A DNA stretch of 64,000 nucleotides from Podarcis tiliguerta. Its lineage: Eukaryota. The DNA lies in NCBI GenBank assembly GCA_965153285.1, contig OZ229126.1; one strand, written 5' to 3'. The notes beneath the pieces are model-generated. The model was not told where the DNA came from, did not search any database, and saw only the letters and a list, made by a program, of their open reading frames with translations. Positions within the stretch are counted from its first letter, which is position 1; the number at the start of each line of letters is the position of its first letter. Below are positions 10,435 through 24,842 of the stretch, piece by piece. A program made the translations under genes and the position numbers.

Positions 10435-13382
10435 GTAAGTCGGTTTTCTTTCCTCCTACACTCTTTATTTTCTGTTTTGTCTCTTTCATCCCGTCTGCCC
10501 CGTAAGCAGATGCGATGCTGTACATATACAACATCGCGAGTCATGTAACTTAGGGGCGGCGGCGGCGACCATTGGTAGTGTGCGCGGGGTGGGGGGTGGG
10601 GGGGGGGAAGAGTGCATTGAGCTTTTTTTATTCCTCCTTTTTCTATATCGTGAAGCTCAAATGCCAGAAGAGTTGCAGGAGCAATGCTGTTGCTGTTGCT
10701 GGAGATGTTACGTCCCGAGTTAGGACATATAGGAACATTCATCTGAACCAGCCCCCCCCCCTCCCCCGTTTTCCAACAAAGAGATGCTCTTCCGTAGACA
10801 CCTAGAGGATTTTAAATGGAAAGGTAGCACTAGGTGTCAGTTAAGTCTTCAAGTACCAATATATGGTAGCAATATAGTCTTGTGGTTTACTTGCTTGGAT
10901 ACAGTTTGTCTTTACCTTAGCCCCATTCTTGGCTACCCTTGCCTTTTGAGACAGATTCTCAAATGTTAAGCATTGCCTACATCAAAACAGTGTTTTGATT
11001 TGAAAGTGGCACACGCAGGACACAACTTAGGCTCCAGATGCGGTGTTATTTTGTGCTGAGAATCTGTGTGTCCTGTGGGAGAATGAATTTTGGGCAAGGC
11101 CATGGAGGCTGTGTGATTGAGGTTAGTTAATGACAAGGAAGTAAGAGCTTTGCCTGACACAAGGGGTACCATCTTGGAGCCTAAGAAACATCTCTGCATT
11201 AAAAAAAAAAAGTTTTAAGAGCCTTATTCCACTTGGGTCAGACAGACGGATTGTAGCTGGTTTGGTTTGGGTTTTGTTGACCACCTGAAGGGGATCTGAG
11301 GATTAACTGATTGCAACTGGACAAAATAATGAGCAGTGAACATAGCCAATCCAAAAAAAGTGTGTGGACACACAAACACATATACACACACAGAGAGAGA
11401 GAGACTGTTTTCAAATATTTAATAAAACCTTTGTCAGTGGAAATAGAGTTGAGTCAGTTCTGAATGTACTAGGTTGAATCAATAACATTTCAGCATTGTT
11501 TGTTATTGCCAAATGGATTTTGATTAGAATAATTTTGTGCTCCTAGGCAAAGAAAAATGGTACATGCTGCGGATCGCAATATCTACAGTCATTAATTAAA
11601 CTCTCTTTTTTTCTAAAATAGAAACTACCTGTCTCATGAAAGATGATGTGGCAGCAAAAATTATTTAATGAGTAATGCTTTCATTGTTTTAATATTCCCA
11701 AGGTATTGAGGATTCACTATTTTCAGAGTTCCAATACCCTAGACAAACTATATTGAACATGCATTGCTCCCAAGTTCAAGTGTGACCATTAATGGTTGAT
11801 TTTGAAAGTTTCCTCCTTATACTATTGCCAATGGCTGTACTGAAACATGAAAGTTTTATTTCTTGCAATGCCAGTTTTCTCACTAGCACTTCTGATCAGA
11901 TTTGTAATATGCACTGTGCTAAGGCCAATTAGGCAAAACTGGCTTAAGATATTAATACTAGCACAAAGTATTGCTTGGCATGTACAGTTAAGTCAGAATT
12001 GCTTACAGTTACCAAAAACATAATGATGGGAATACTAGGAGAGCGTAGACTGCTAGTTCTAGGAAGAATGAATTAATGTTGGCTTCATGGTAGCTGGATT
12101 ACAATAGTTTTAAACAGCAGCATTTGTGGCCATCTAAAGGTTATTTAATGGTCTTTGAAACATGAAACAACTGAATGTAAGAGAGCTTTTCTTGCAAAAA
12201 ATAAGTGTCTTGTCAGGAATTGTATTGAGACTACACGAGATGGTCAGGTTCGGTTGGCTTATTAATAAAAGTGGTTCGCAACACATTAATGTATTCAGCC
12301 AAGCCAAGGGATTTGTTTGCTAGTTTTGCAGAATATTGTTTAGCACAGCAGTGCTGACTATTGTTGTTTGAGACTAGGATGCATTATCATTTTTTTGAAG
12401 TATTTTCTGGAAACTTTTCCTTCTTTTTTTGGCATGTTCTTTGAATGAGCACACATATGATGGGAATGCTGAACCCTGTCTTTGAAAATTATATTTATAT
12501 CACTGGAATGGCTTGATATAATTTTCCTGAAATGTATACTTGTGCATATTGTGTTTAATATCATGCAATTACATTTTGATAGTATAAAATACAGGTGAAC
12601 AAGAAACTGTTGTGGGCCAGTGCATTAGGGCACAGAGGAATTATGGGGGTAAAACCTTCTTCCCCTTTTGTGCTGTAAAGGTACTTGCATTTTTGAAGAG
12701 GATAGAATAAAGTTGCTGGTGTCAGCAGTAATGCATTTCATTATGCAATTGTTCTTGTTATTCAGATCAGATAATGGCCTGATGAAATACATAAGCAGTC
12801 TACAGGGAATGAATGATTAATTTCTCTAACGTGTGCTTACTATAGGACTTCTAATAAAGTACTGTCTACCAGTTCTTGCTTACAGTTGCAGTTAGTGGAG
12901 AAAAATAGTATTCTGTACTTACTGTTGTTGTGTTAGTAGCACTCATTTATTCTGTTAAATAAAAGAGGATCCTGAATTCAATAAGTTTGGCCTAATTCGT
13001 AAGAATAATAAGATACAGTGATGACCCACCAATTCATTTTGTGTAACCTGTGGGTGTTCTGAATAAGCAAAAAGCAAGCAAGCATGATGCTCATGTAAAA
13101 ATGGCATATGAAACATATTGTTAAACACAGAATGTCTAGCTATTTCTTATAACTAGGTGTACCTTTTAATAACTTTCTTCCCAAGCAAACATCCTAACAT
13201 AACTACTAATGACTTGAACACAAAGCATTCTACCAGTTTCAGGAGTCCTCTTGAAAATTATTGAAAGTATTCAGTAAGTTAGATTCTTATTATTTGTCAT
13301 CCACGGGCATTGCATTTTAAAAAGTTTTATGTTTAGTATGTGTCATGAAAATCGACTAATCTGTTTAGGATAAGCAGTGAGG

Positions 13383-13384
<2 letters not shown>

Positions 13385-13417
<33 letters not shown>
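13385..13417. repeat. (TA)n microsatellite; others include (TA)n 17561-17582, (CA)n 17704-17722, poly-T 19014-19033
   Basis: Read directly from the sequence. Confidence 0.95.
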
Positions 13418-13421
<4 letters not shown>

Positions 13422-15799
13422 GCAAAAGAATTTAATTTGTCAAATCAACTCCATGAAAACGTAGCATAAACAGAGATGTTAAGAGTTTCAGCTGTTGGAG
13501 CCGGTTAACAATGTAAGGTTTCACTGAGTTCATTCCAGCAATCTTCTGCACCCCCACCCCACCCCAATAGTTATTGTTGGAGTGACAAATTTTGTAAAGT
13601 ACTTAAGCTGATAATTTTTTACCTCCAAGAACTAGTAGATAATTCATATACCTTAGAGGTCTTTCAATCCATTTTACATTTGTCTCCCTCCCAACAAACA
13701 GATGCTTTTTGCTTTTTAAAAAATGCATAAAATGCATTTTTATTTTTGAAAGTTTTCCTGGTTTTCTTTCATCAGCATGAGGTTTTCTGGTAGGATCTTT
13801 GTTGAAGTTGATGAAGAACTGTTTGTTTTAGGCAAAATTAAACTGAAGGAATAATTGCATCATTTGGCAAGACTCTAAACCTTTCTGGGTTTGTAATGTA
13901 AATTTCAGGGTGTTTTTCTATATAAAGTGAGCACACCCAAAATCAAGAAGATAAAGGAAAGTCTTGCTCATAATGGGTATCTCAGTAGTAAAGTTTTGGA
14001 TTAGCACAATATAATAATTATTTTTGAAATTCTAAGAACAGAACTTGTGCAGCTTAATCTTGTAGATCTACTAAAAGATCATTGTCAGTTCAATGGGACT
14101 GATTCTCAAGTAAGCATGCATAGGATTGCAGCCTTGGTATATGAAATACTTTATATGAGTTTTGTAGTAATAGCGGCTTTGATACCATAACAGTATATGT
14201 ATTATGTAGTGTATTTGTATATGGTGACCTGAGACAACACTATAAAGTGCAATGCTAGTATTTTTAGATACATTACCAAGTCAACATGTTTTAACCGGCA
14301 AACTACTGTGTTGTGGATGAAACTGGGTTCTCCAGTTTATACTAAGATGTATGAATTGAAGTTCAGCTGAGCATTTGGCCCTAGTTAAGTTAAGCAATTG
14401 GCCTATTAAAAATTTAAAGAACCACTTCTATTAATGCTATCATTTATCAAATTGCAGTGAATTTTTCAGTTGTCGGCCACTGTTAACTAGAAGTGCAATT
14501 CCACAAATTGCAGCTGCTATTAAATAAGTTTGATGTCTTGTGGCAAGTATTCGTGATAAAAGCTGCAAATAATTCAGTTTTATCAAAATAAATGATACAA
14601 AAATTCAAAGCACAGTATGAACAATGCTCAAAATAGATAAGTAATTTGTTGTAATGAAGCTGTGTAGAATGCCTGCTAGCAATGAGCAGTGTGACATCCT
14701 ATTCATGATTAATAGATATTCTTTATGGGCCCCATCCCTTAATCTCTAGGACTGTAAGTGACAATAAGATTAGTTTCTATATATCAGGAGTCATGGATCA
14801 AGTGTTCACAGAGCATAATTTTTATGTAGGTGGCAATTTGGACGACTTTGGACTGGGGAGCTATGTACTGTAATCTTCATATGGGTTTGGTATGTAGAGA
14901 TGATATATTTGAGCAAATCTAAATTGCATAGGTAAAATGATTCTAATGACACTTCACCAACTGAAATATCTACCATGGCAGTGATATGACCTCTTTATTA
15001 ATTCAATTACTTTGTAGAGCGATAATATATTGAAAAGTTTTACAGTAAAGAATGCAGTCACATGGAGCACGTTGTACTTCAAACATCCTTAACTAGAAGC
15101 GTAATACCTGGATTTTAAATGGAGCTGATGGCATCAAAATGTAAAATACAATTCAGGATTTGGAGCCATCCCCAAGTATCACATTGAAAAATGACTTGCT
15201 GTATACTGAAACTCTGTAATGCAAACACTATGTAACATGCTTTAGGTAAGACACAGAGTTGCAAATTTGGCCTTTGTTTTTTTTCTTCCAGGTTGTTCTT
15301 TCCCTTGTGTGAAACATGAATGAGAGCAGGATATTTATTGTGCAAACTGGAATTCAGGACTTAAGGCTGAAATACATATACATACCTATTTGGTATGAAA
15401 TCTTATTGGGCACAGTGGGGCTTCAATCCGAGTAAATATAGCCATAGATTTGGTTTAAAAACTAATGACCAGAGTTTCGGTTCTTCTGAATGAGATATAA
15501 TTAAACAAAGGGTGGGGGGCTTTTAGCGTGTTGTGCCCAAGTTTTTACTAAGCCCTGGAAAGAAACATGAGAAGCAATTGACCATGCCTGCTTTGAGAGA
15601 GCACGGAAGCACCTGTGTAGGTGTGTAGGACTGCTGTACTAATAGATGTCCTCCAGTTTCTCAGTTGTGTTCCTTCTCTGAGAAAGAGGCTTCCACCCAC
15701 CAGCACCCCTTCTCAGGGCAGTTGAGTATTTCTTTAGAACATCCGTTGGTGTGGAGACCTGAGCTTACAGTATTGTTGTGAGATGGCTAAGGATAGTGG

Positions 15800-15954
15800 T
15801 AATAATAATAACAATAATAATAATTTATTATTTATACCCCTCCCATCTGGCTGGGTTTCCCCAGCCATTCTGGGTGGCCTCCAACAGAACATTAAAATAC
15901 AATAACCTATTAAACATTAAAAGCTTCCCTAAACAGGGCTGCCTTCAGATGTCT
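15800..15954 (-). mobile_element. L2 LINE 3' end
   Basis: (aat)n tail plus the same body as 60044-60200. Confidence 0.85.
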
Positions 15955-18900
15955 TTTTCTTTTTTTACATATCCTTTTCTTTTTTTCATTACTTTAAAAT
16001 AATTAAAACATATGCAACAATTACAGAAAAACAAAAAATAAAACAAACAACAAACATTTAGAGAATGGTCTCTGAGAACAGCAACAATTTTTTGTCAAAG
16101 TATGTATTGCTAAGACCACGACCATTTTAACAAACACCAAATAATGGATAGGGTACCATCCTTTGCCTGGATTGTTGGCCATAAAGAGGAATATATATTG
16201 TATCAGCGGCAGTTATGGCCTACAGGAGTTTATATATTATATGTGTTTTTCTTACCCGTCAATATTTATCCAGCACTCTGCAACCTCCTTGGTGGTGAAT
16301 TTTCCTGATCTCAGAAAGCTCCATGGAAGGAGCTACCTCCTGACACCTTCCTCTGGGCTTTGATTAAACATGGGCCTCCAGGAAAGCTGTAGAGTTCAGA
16401 CCACTGGTGAGATTATTTGTAGAAGGAAAGAGTGTGGACACCCATAATCACCCCCTTGACCATTTCAAAATTAAGGTAAATACATATAAAATATTGAACC
16501 CTACCCATAGGAATTTTGCTTAACATATGCTCTCTCCTTTGATAATCTCCAAATGCAATTTTCTCATGTGGAGAATGATTTTTCTTTCTTTTTTTAATGC
16601 AGGATGACAGAGCCATATTTCCCTCAAATATTGTGCTTGATGTTTCCTTTTCTGCACAACCCACTATCAAATACTGTATTTTCATGGAAAATAACATGTT
16701 GCATTAAGTGTCCTCTCCAACAGAGAATACACCTTGCTGGAGTCCAGATGATAGGCTTGTTAATATATGGGCATTCACTGATTGCATTAACGACAACTGA
16801 AAGCCAGTGTAGGATAACAGCTATTTCAAACTTGGTGAACAGAATAAATATTGGTGATCTTGAGGGGGTCACATAATCTAGGTGAAGCACTGCAGGACTG
16901 CTGAAAGTGAAGATACGCAAGGGAACTTTATTTTGCCTAGGCAGGATTTATCTCCCTTCTGGTCCCTGCCCCCCAACTCCAAATGCTCAGCTGGACAAGC
17001 CTCTTTTAATAAGTGTTTCTGTGACTCATAGCTATTTGTCAAACTCCTTCTAACTAATGTTGGTAGTCTTATTCAGCACTTCATATGCTTTGTCCAAGGA
17101 ACTTAAGACATTCTCCTTGAATTGCACTTATGGTTAAAATGTGTTGGTGACTTCAGCTACAAGAGATGGGAACAGGGTAGTTAACTCCAGTTTCATATAA
17201 ACATCAGGGTGGGATTGTTCACATTGGATACAGGACATGATGCGACACAGAATTGGAAGTTACAAATCTTTATGATTGTATGCTTTTATTTTAAGTTTAA
17301 TAATTATAATTCTGCCTGTCTTTGGCAAAAAAAAGAGCCCAATATAGCTATAACAATATCAATATGCTATATTAGTACAACCAATTCCTGGTTAAGAGGA
17401 CAGGCACACACATTTTCTGCATATAATTTTATTTTATTTTATTTTGAAATAAAAATGCAGGAAGCAGAACACACACACAACTATAACAATACAATTAAAG
17501 GAATAAATAAACTAATTAATTTTAATTAGAATCACTTATGAGACAAGTGAGTCAATGACTATATATATATATATATATATATCTCACACATATGCATCAT
17601 TGTCAGAAGAAAATATAGCTAACTGCATTCCACTGGAATTTTATCAGAAATGTTGAAGTGCTTCTGCACGTGAATTAAATGGGAACCATGGTGCCATAAA
17701 CATCACACACACACACACACACATGAGGATTCCTGGTTTGCTTTACTTTCTGAGTAAATTTTATATAATGATTGTCTCCCAAACATAATGAATTTATTGC
17801 TGTTTAGAAGGTTGATTTGGAGACTTCCAACTGCATGTTTTACACATCTTTGTTCCTGTAAAGCACTGTTTAAGAAGGTCTTTGTGTTAGGAATCTTTGT
17901 TATTAGGTTCAAAATGATGACTAAACATATCTTTTGGGATTACTGAGATCTAATGTGGATAAATTCCTAGCAGTGATCAGAAACCAAGTTCCCATCGAAG
18001 GTGAAAGTATGAACCTATCTGTTTGCACCTTACAACAATACTGGCTATAGTTGGGGTGTATTATAGGAAGTCTTGCCTACTGAGAACTTTCAGTTGTATC
18101 TAGCTTTGGGTTGTATAGCAGGCATGGTGTAAATACACTCCATCTGATGGTTTGAGTAACATATATTACATCTTTGCCATCTGTTTCTATGGTAAAAATA
18201 ATTACAGTTCTTTTCTGGTATGGGCAGGGGGAATTGTTCTGAATATTTTTGGAAGGGAGTTGCCACTTTCCTTACTGAGTCTCACTAGGAAGTGCAGCTA
18301 GTGGGAAGCTGTGGAAGAGCCTCATGTCACTTCCCAGAATGCCTTGCAAGTGATGGGGAATGATGTACTGTAGTATCACTGGCAAGTCATTCAAGGGAGT
18401 GTAGGGGGTGGGAAGTTGTGAAGACAGTATTGCACCCACCAGGAATAGTGTGCAGTTTTCTTTTTTATGTTAAAAAAGCAAGTAAAATCGGAAAGCCTTT
18501 GCTTACCTTGAACAAGGTTAAGTGGCAGCCCCCTCCAGAACCCTCTGCCCCATAATTTTTCATATCACCCACCCAACAAATTGTTAAAATAATTTTTTAG
18601 TACAGATCTACTTTAATAATAGTGTATACTGTAGCAAATACTGTCTTGCCATTCATTAAAAAATCTATGCTGTTGGGTTGTCAGTGAAAGGAAGAACTTC
18701 TCATGTCATTATCCAAATTAGCTATGCTAGAGCTTCACTTTTTAATGATTGTATATTTTGGTAATAAGCTTTTCAGACCATTATGACATGGCTTTTCATG
18801 GCAAACCTATTTTGTTACTGAATCTCTTTTGAAAAAATAAACTCATTTGCATTTATTCATTTCAAATATATTTCCATAGAGTTCAAATAATTCTTCTTCA

Positions 18901-19169
18901 ATAGTTTCAAGAATTTTCATTGGAGGGCAGTGACAGTTAATTTATTTAGAGATTAATAGTTCTTATTTAAGATAAAGGTGTATACCAAAGTTTGATGCTC
19001 TCGAAGTATGGACTTTTTTTTTTTTTTTTTTTTTGGTTGTCGAATATAACCAAACATTGCTGCAGAAAGATTCCCTAGGTATTATAGTTGCCCTACTCAT
19101 TGATTATCTACTCAGAGAATGATACCCAACAAATATTGATTAACTGCTGGGAGGGAAGCCTGATAATAT

Positions 19170-19430
19170 GTAAGGAGAGCCCAACTAGATCAGATGAAAG
19201 GTCAAGCTAGTCCAGCATTTTGTTCTCACAATGGCCCATCAGATACCAATGGGTAACCCACAAGAAGAACATGTGTGCAATGGCACTCGACCACCCATGA
19301 TACCCAGGAACTAGTAGTCGGGGCATACTCCATAGCCATTGTTACTAGTAGCTACTTAGAGCTTTATCCTTCAGGAATTTGTCAAATGCTCTTTTGAAAC
19401 TATAGCAGTTGGTTGCCTTCACCAAATCTT
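19170..19430 (-). mobile_element. Old CR1 LINE 3' end
   Basis: ctagtccagcatt.tgttctcaca.tggcc..cagat motif, related to 34435-34830. Confidence 0.65.
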
Positions 19431-22400
19431 CAGGTAGCAAGGCCCCCTAGTACTTTTCCTTTAAAGCCCAACCTAATCATGAACTTCAGTGTTGGCTTGT
19501 TATGATGAGTATGCCAAGTTTCCTGCCAGATATTTGTAGCATGAATGTAAAATGTGGCGGCAAAGGGAGTGAGCGAGTGCCAACCAAAATCGCACTTCCC
19601 ACTTTTTTGCCTCACTTACCGCTTCTTCATTTCTGTTCCTGTAATTTTTGTTTCAGCTTTGCAAAGCATAGGGTTCTGTTCCAGTAATGGTTCTTGTCTA
19701 CAAAAGCTAGAGAATGAATGTGAAGAGCAGCTTTCATCTGCCTTCAAAAACAAGGGATGTAAATCTTCAGACTATACAAATGATGTCCATTTATGTGAGA
19801 GCTAAATAAATTACCCATAGAATCTGAAGTGCCATGAATGAGCATAGACATTCTGGAAATCCTTGACCTTCCCGCCAACTTTTATGCTATGTTGATATTT
19901 TGAAAATTAGGAAGTAAATATGAAAGGACAAAAAGGATAGTTCCTCAAGTGGAAATATGTTAACTGACTTCTTTAATAGTCACAAACTTTAACATTGAAA
20001 TGTTGCATATAGCTGTCCAGGGCACTTAGTGATGTCATTGTAAAGGCAAATCTAACAGATTATATAGCATTGTGCAGTCATTCCCTGATAGGCACCCCTA
20101 TCATTTATTTTATTTATACAAATATTTATATATTGCTATATCTCCAAAATGTATCAAAGTGGTTTACAACAGTAAAAATATGCCTTGCTTAAGAAGAAAG
20201 AGGCTGCTGTCAGGAGAAAACTAGGGCTTATGGAACCATATCAAGACCAAAAAAAGTTGTCAAACAGTATTCTAAAGATGTAAATGTTTATATAGCTAAG
20301 ATGCATATATCTATCTATCTCTATAAATATAATCTTTCTTTTTCTCTCTCTCTCTCTATATATATACATATACATAGATATAGATATAGATAACTTATTA
20401 GATATAAAACTAATTGGATATGAAGCTTATTAAAGATACATAACTTATTAGAATCACTATTTTAAATTCAACAATTAAACTGAATAAGATATGGCACAGT
20501 CCTAATAAATACAAATATGCAATGTGAAGTTTTGTGATGGAGAGCTCATTCTGTATGAATTTCTTTTAAAATAACAGAAGGCAAATGGTGAAATCCAATC
20601 AGGATTCAGTGAAAATGAACACCCAGTTAAGTGTGTGTTGTTTCTGCAAGTATCAATATGCTGGCCATTGTGCCTACAAGATCTAAAGATTTCTAAAGTT
20701 TCCACCCTGAGGCCAGCCTATTGATTCACACACTACTTATATTTTAGGATGATAGTCCTGCTTTAAGTACGGAGTACTGTATATAATTAGATGCAAGACA
20801 AACTGTGTCATTTCTTTGTAATTATAAGTGAACTTTCTCCATCCATTTAGAGGTAGTGATTTACTTCAGAGGTAAGCTTTATTTAGGCATCCAGCTTGCA
20901 AGTGTGTGAGCAAACATGCCAGGGGAAGTGGATGCATGATGTCCTGCTAAACTCTGCTCCTTTCAGTATATCATCTTTGTACTGTTTCTCAATCCTCTGT
21001 AAGCAGGAGGGCAGATGTCTGTGGCATGAGCTTCCATGAGTAGAGGAGGTTTCCCATTTCTGATCTTTGCCTTCAAATTCTTAGAGGTCTGTGAACAGTA
21101 CAGTGGTGATGCACTAGAGGGCACAGAGCTTGGAACCTCCTTCCCTCCCCTTCACATGTTTACTTATGCTCTTGAAAATTGAACCTCCAGCCATAAGGGT
21201 TTGCTGCAGTGTGCTTTCCCTGTTTCATCTGATGAAATCATCTGGCATCCCTGGAAATGCATTGTTTTCCAAATATGAAACATAAACAAACATACAAGTG
21301 AAAACCAAAATTATGTTAGATGACATTTATTCAGCATAAGGGTCAGAGAAATTCAATAATATCTGAAGATGCCCAAAGAAAAAGTGTCTGCATTGATATG
21401 TCTGTATCATATCTGATATCTGCATAGGGAACTTTGAGTGACATTTATATCTACTGAGCTAGGTGGCCTCAGTGCTTGCAAACAACTTTATCACAAAAAG
21501 TCATGCTCAGATGATTTCCCACCACACTGTGGGTGAGAAGTCAGAGAGCTATGATTGCATGATTGGTATAATGAAACACAAGGATCAAAGGAGCTCAGAA
21601 GTGCCTGGTGGGTGCGATTCAGTAAATATATATATTTGTGGGTCCTTGTGTTAATAAAAATGTAGAAAACCTGTGTGCTTTATGAGCTGTGTGTGTGTGT
21701 AACTGCATTTAATGAATCAAAATTAGGCACAATATGTGCAAGCAACACATCTTTTTCTCTTCTCCTCCCTTCTATAACTACATTTCTGTAGCAATTACTC
21801 TGGCAAAAGCTGTAAAGCTATTTGAAAGAAATAGGATCAAATTGGAGCTTTCCTTCACTTGCTTCAAATCAGAATGGCATGGATAGTCTGAGAAGAACAG
21901 GGCATGGGAGAACTAATCCTACACTCTGAACTATTCTCACTTTTTTTTTTGCTGTGTCTGAACTGTTTTTCTAAAGAGTGACTGTCACGCACAGCTCTGA
22001 TCATGATGTTGGAGAAGCCTGCTCCAAGCATCCTGATACCATGTTTTGGAGTAGTTATATGTCAAACAAGGTGGAATGGTGATAGATCTCTGGCTGGATT
22101 TCCTGCTGGGTTAGAGCTTTCTTTCAGGGAGAAAGAATTTGATGTATGCCGTAGGGTAATCCTTAACAATGCTCAAAATTAGCCAGGTGCCAGGTGTATT
22201 CTGCCCAACATCTCCACCATCTGCGGATTATTCGATCTGGACTGTTTTCACACACTAATGCCACATCCTGTAGAATTCCATCAGCTATATTTTATCTGTA
22301 GAATTCAAATGAATTTCAGGAAACAAAATGCTTTTTCCCCAGGAGCATTCACCATTAAGGAAATGTGGTTGGAACAGGCCAATAAATATGTGAAACTCTC

Positions 22401-24707
22401 CCTGGATCAAGTGACTTTTCTTCTTTAAGTTGTCAGTGTTCTTAACCCAGCTCAAAGTTGTCATCTGAACTGGCCAGATGTTTAACTGATAATCAACCCC
22501 AGTCAGTCCATCATTTGCAAAATAAGACTTTAGAGCCGTCTTACCCCAAAATGTCAACTAAACTTTGGAGAACAGCTGCCAGGAAGTGTAGGTAATTCTG
22601 AGCTAGATGTGTCAACAATCTAACTCACTTTAAAACAGGTTTCTGTGTTACTTAGCTAACAAAATGGATGTTTTATGAACTTCCATACTATTTCCCTGTC
22701 TGCACTTTGTCACTGTAGCTACTGCAAATGACCTGAAATTTCCTGAAGTGGCAGCTATAGTAGTGAGTGACTGAAGTGAGCAGAAGCACCCTCTGTGTCT
22801 TTAGTGTCATAAATTCTGGTTTAGCAGATTGTATGATAGGCAGAAATCTGTATATCAGTGCTCATCAGCTGGACTCACAATTACTGTAGCAGGCTTTGCA
22901 CATGTCTCTTTCTAATCCTGTTATTTGATTTTCTCAAGTTGCGTTTCATTCACTATTTCACATTTTGGAGACGCCCATGGTACGTCGTTCTTTCTGCCAG
23001 ACTTTCCCCACAAAAGGCTTTGGGAAATTTAGTCTTTTTCACTCATAGACTTATGTGGATAATTTTATCATTTAAGCTGCCACTTGTTTCTGAGAGTATT
23101 CTAATAAACAGACTTTTGTGCACCTGGCATAAAAATCAGTAAATACTTTAAAAGCATTCTTCCTTGATCCTAATCTAGGGTCTCCAGCTTTCTCTGTTCT
23201 CTCAGTATTTTTTATTCTTTTTCATTTTTGCAGACTTACCATTTCTGCATCTCCCCAGAAAAGAGACACAAATTGACTGCCTGGTACATAACTCTCCCCT
23301 TTTCCCAGGATTTTCATTTAATGGTAGAGGTTCTTATCAGGTGTGCACATTGGATCCTGAGCTTTGGATCTCAGGCATGTTATGTCACACTCAGGGACTC
23401 CAGTAAAGAACAACCTACAGCAGCAGATACCTTTCACCACTGTGATGCTTTATCCTAGTAAAGTTGGGTAAAGACAGAAGATATGTCTTTAAGTCTGGCA
23501 GTAGGGTTAAAAAATGTTGCCTGGCAGCTGCAGTATTTTGGCAACGTGGAGAGACTTGAGCATAGATGATAGAGTGTGAGGCTGAGCTAAAGCTGAAGAG
23601 GTGATATGCTTAAGAAGCTATGGAAATTGTAAAAATCGTGACCCCAGAGGCAATAGTTAAGAGCAATAGGTAGACTCTTGCCTAGGTCTGGTTTCTACCA
23701 CAGACCATTTCCCTCTGTGATTTTAGACAAGGGCTGCTGTGGCTATCACAGCTTGCCCCTTTCTATTGGAATGCATGCTTTGCTTTGCTAGGAATTATTT
23801 TTATGCCTAATGGAGTATTGGCTTGTTTTCAGCCCAGGGAGCAGTATTGCTCAAAGGTGGCATAGAGTAGTAGACATAAGTGAAGCCATGTGAAAGGAGG
23901 TAAAAATAAGAGAAAACAAAACTGTATCAGTTGCCACTGACTTACAATGTATTAAGTGTAATTCTGAAGGAACAAATATGTTTCAATTAATGCCCCCTTC
24001 CTTCTTTACCACAATTGGTCTATTCCTTATGACACCATAGATGTATTGTGTATGGCTCATCAACACTTGAGTGTTGTCCTCGCCTTACTGTCACTATTGA
24101 TGGGTAGACCATATCCTACTTTTTAGCATAGTTGTTACTCTAATTAAATACACAGCTGACAAAGGGATACTATGGGAAGCATTGCTATTTGTTCTAAGCA
24201 GCTGAAGATGATGGGTTGGTTTGTTTGCTGTTTGCATATTCTTCTGTACCTTCCTGACTATATTAAAAAAAGGATTGGCAGTACCCTGAAGCAAGTTGTT
24301 GGAGGGGTTAAACTTACCTTCCCTGCAGCGAATGCGGTCATAAATTGTGAGCTGTGCTGTCTGTGCAGGCAGGAGGAAAACAGGGTGTAACTGATGACTA
24401 CCCTGCAGCATATATTTAAGTTCATGCAACTCATGGGACAATCAAGTTGGAATGGGTTGCTGCTGTTTTGGCTTCTTCACACCAGGGAAGTGGTGGTTTG
24501 AAGTTGAAGGAGTCAGACAGTGTCCTGCCAGCATTTCCACTTAGGTTGCAACTAGGAGGAGAAGGGAGACAGGAGGAGGAGAACTAGGAGGAGAAGGGAG
24601 TTCCTATATGAGAAGGATTTCCCTGGATGTTATGGTTTCCTGGATGAGATTACTGTCACTGTAAATTTAGGAAATGTAGAGTTGCTAGATATTTCAAAGG
24701 CCTGGGA

Positions 24708-24842
24708 CAAACATAGGCAAACTCAGTCCTCCAGATGTTTTGGGACTACAATTCCCATCACCCCTGACCACTGGTCCTGTTAGCTAGGGATCATGGGAGT
24801 TGTAGTCCCAAAACTCTGGAGGGCTGAGTTTGCCTATGCCTG
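24708..24842. mobile_element. hAT palindromic MITE
   Basis: Nearly fully self-complementary 135 bp. 8-bp TSD gcctggga (24700-24707) / gcctagga (24843-24850). Same family as 53867-54002. Confidence 0.9.

Larger units (their letters stand above)
8090..10650. promoter_or_regulatory. CpG island / promoter of an unidentified + strand gene
   Basis: About 2.5 kb of GC- and CpG-rich sequence in an AT-rich, CpG-depleted background. Contains (GGC)n, (CTG)6 and (GC)8 tracts, no recognisable TEs, and + strand splice donors. Confidence 0.9.

Noticed and set aside
8242-10805. Many overlapping 60-165 aa ORFs in the CpG island
   Set aside because: Low-complexity R/G/P/A/S-rich translations in all frames, as expected from stop-poor GC-rich DNA. 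No recognisable domain.
16930-16970. ggcagg...cctgcc stem resembling the ENE-like motif
   Set aside because: No 3' U-tract or upper stem, so probably chance.
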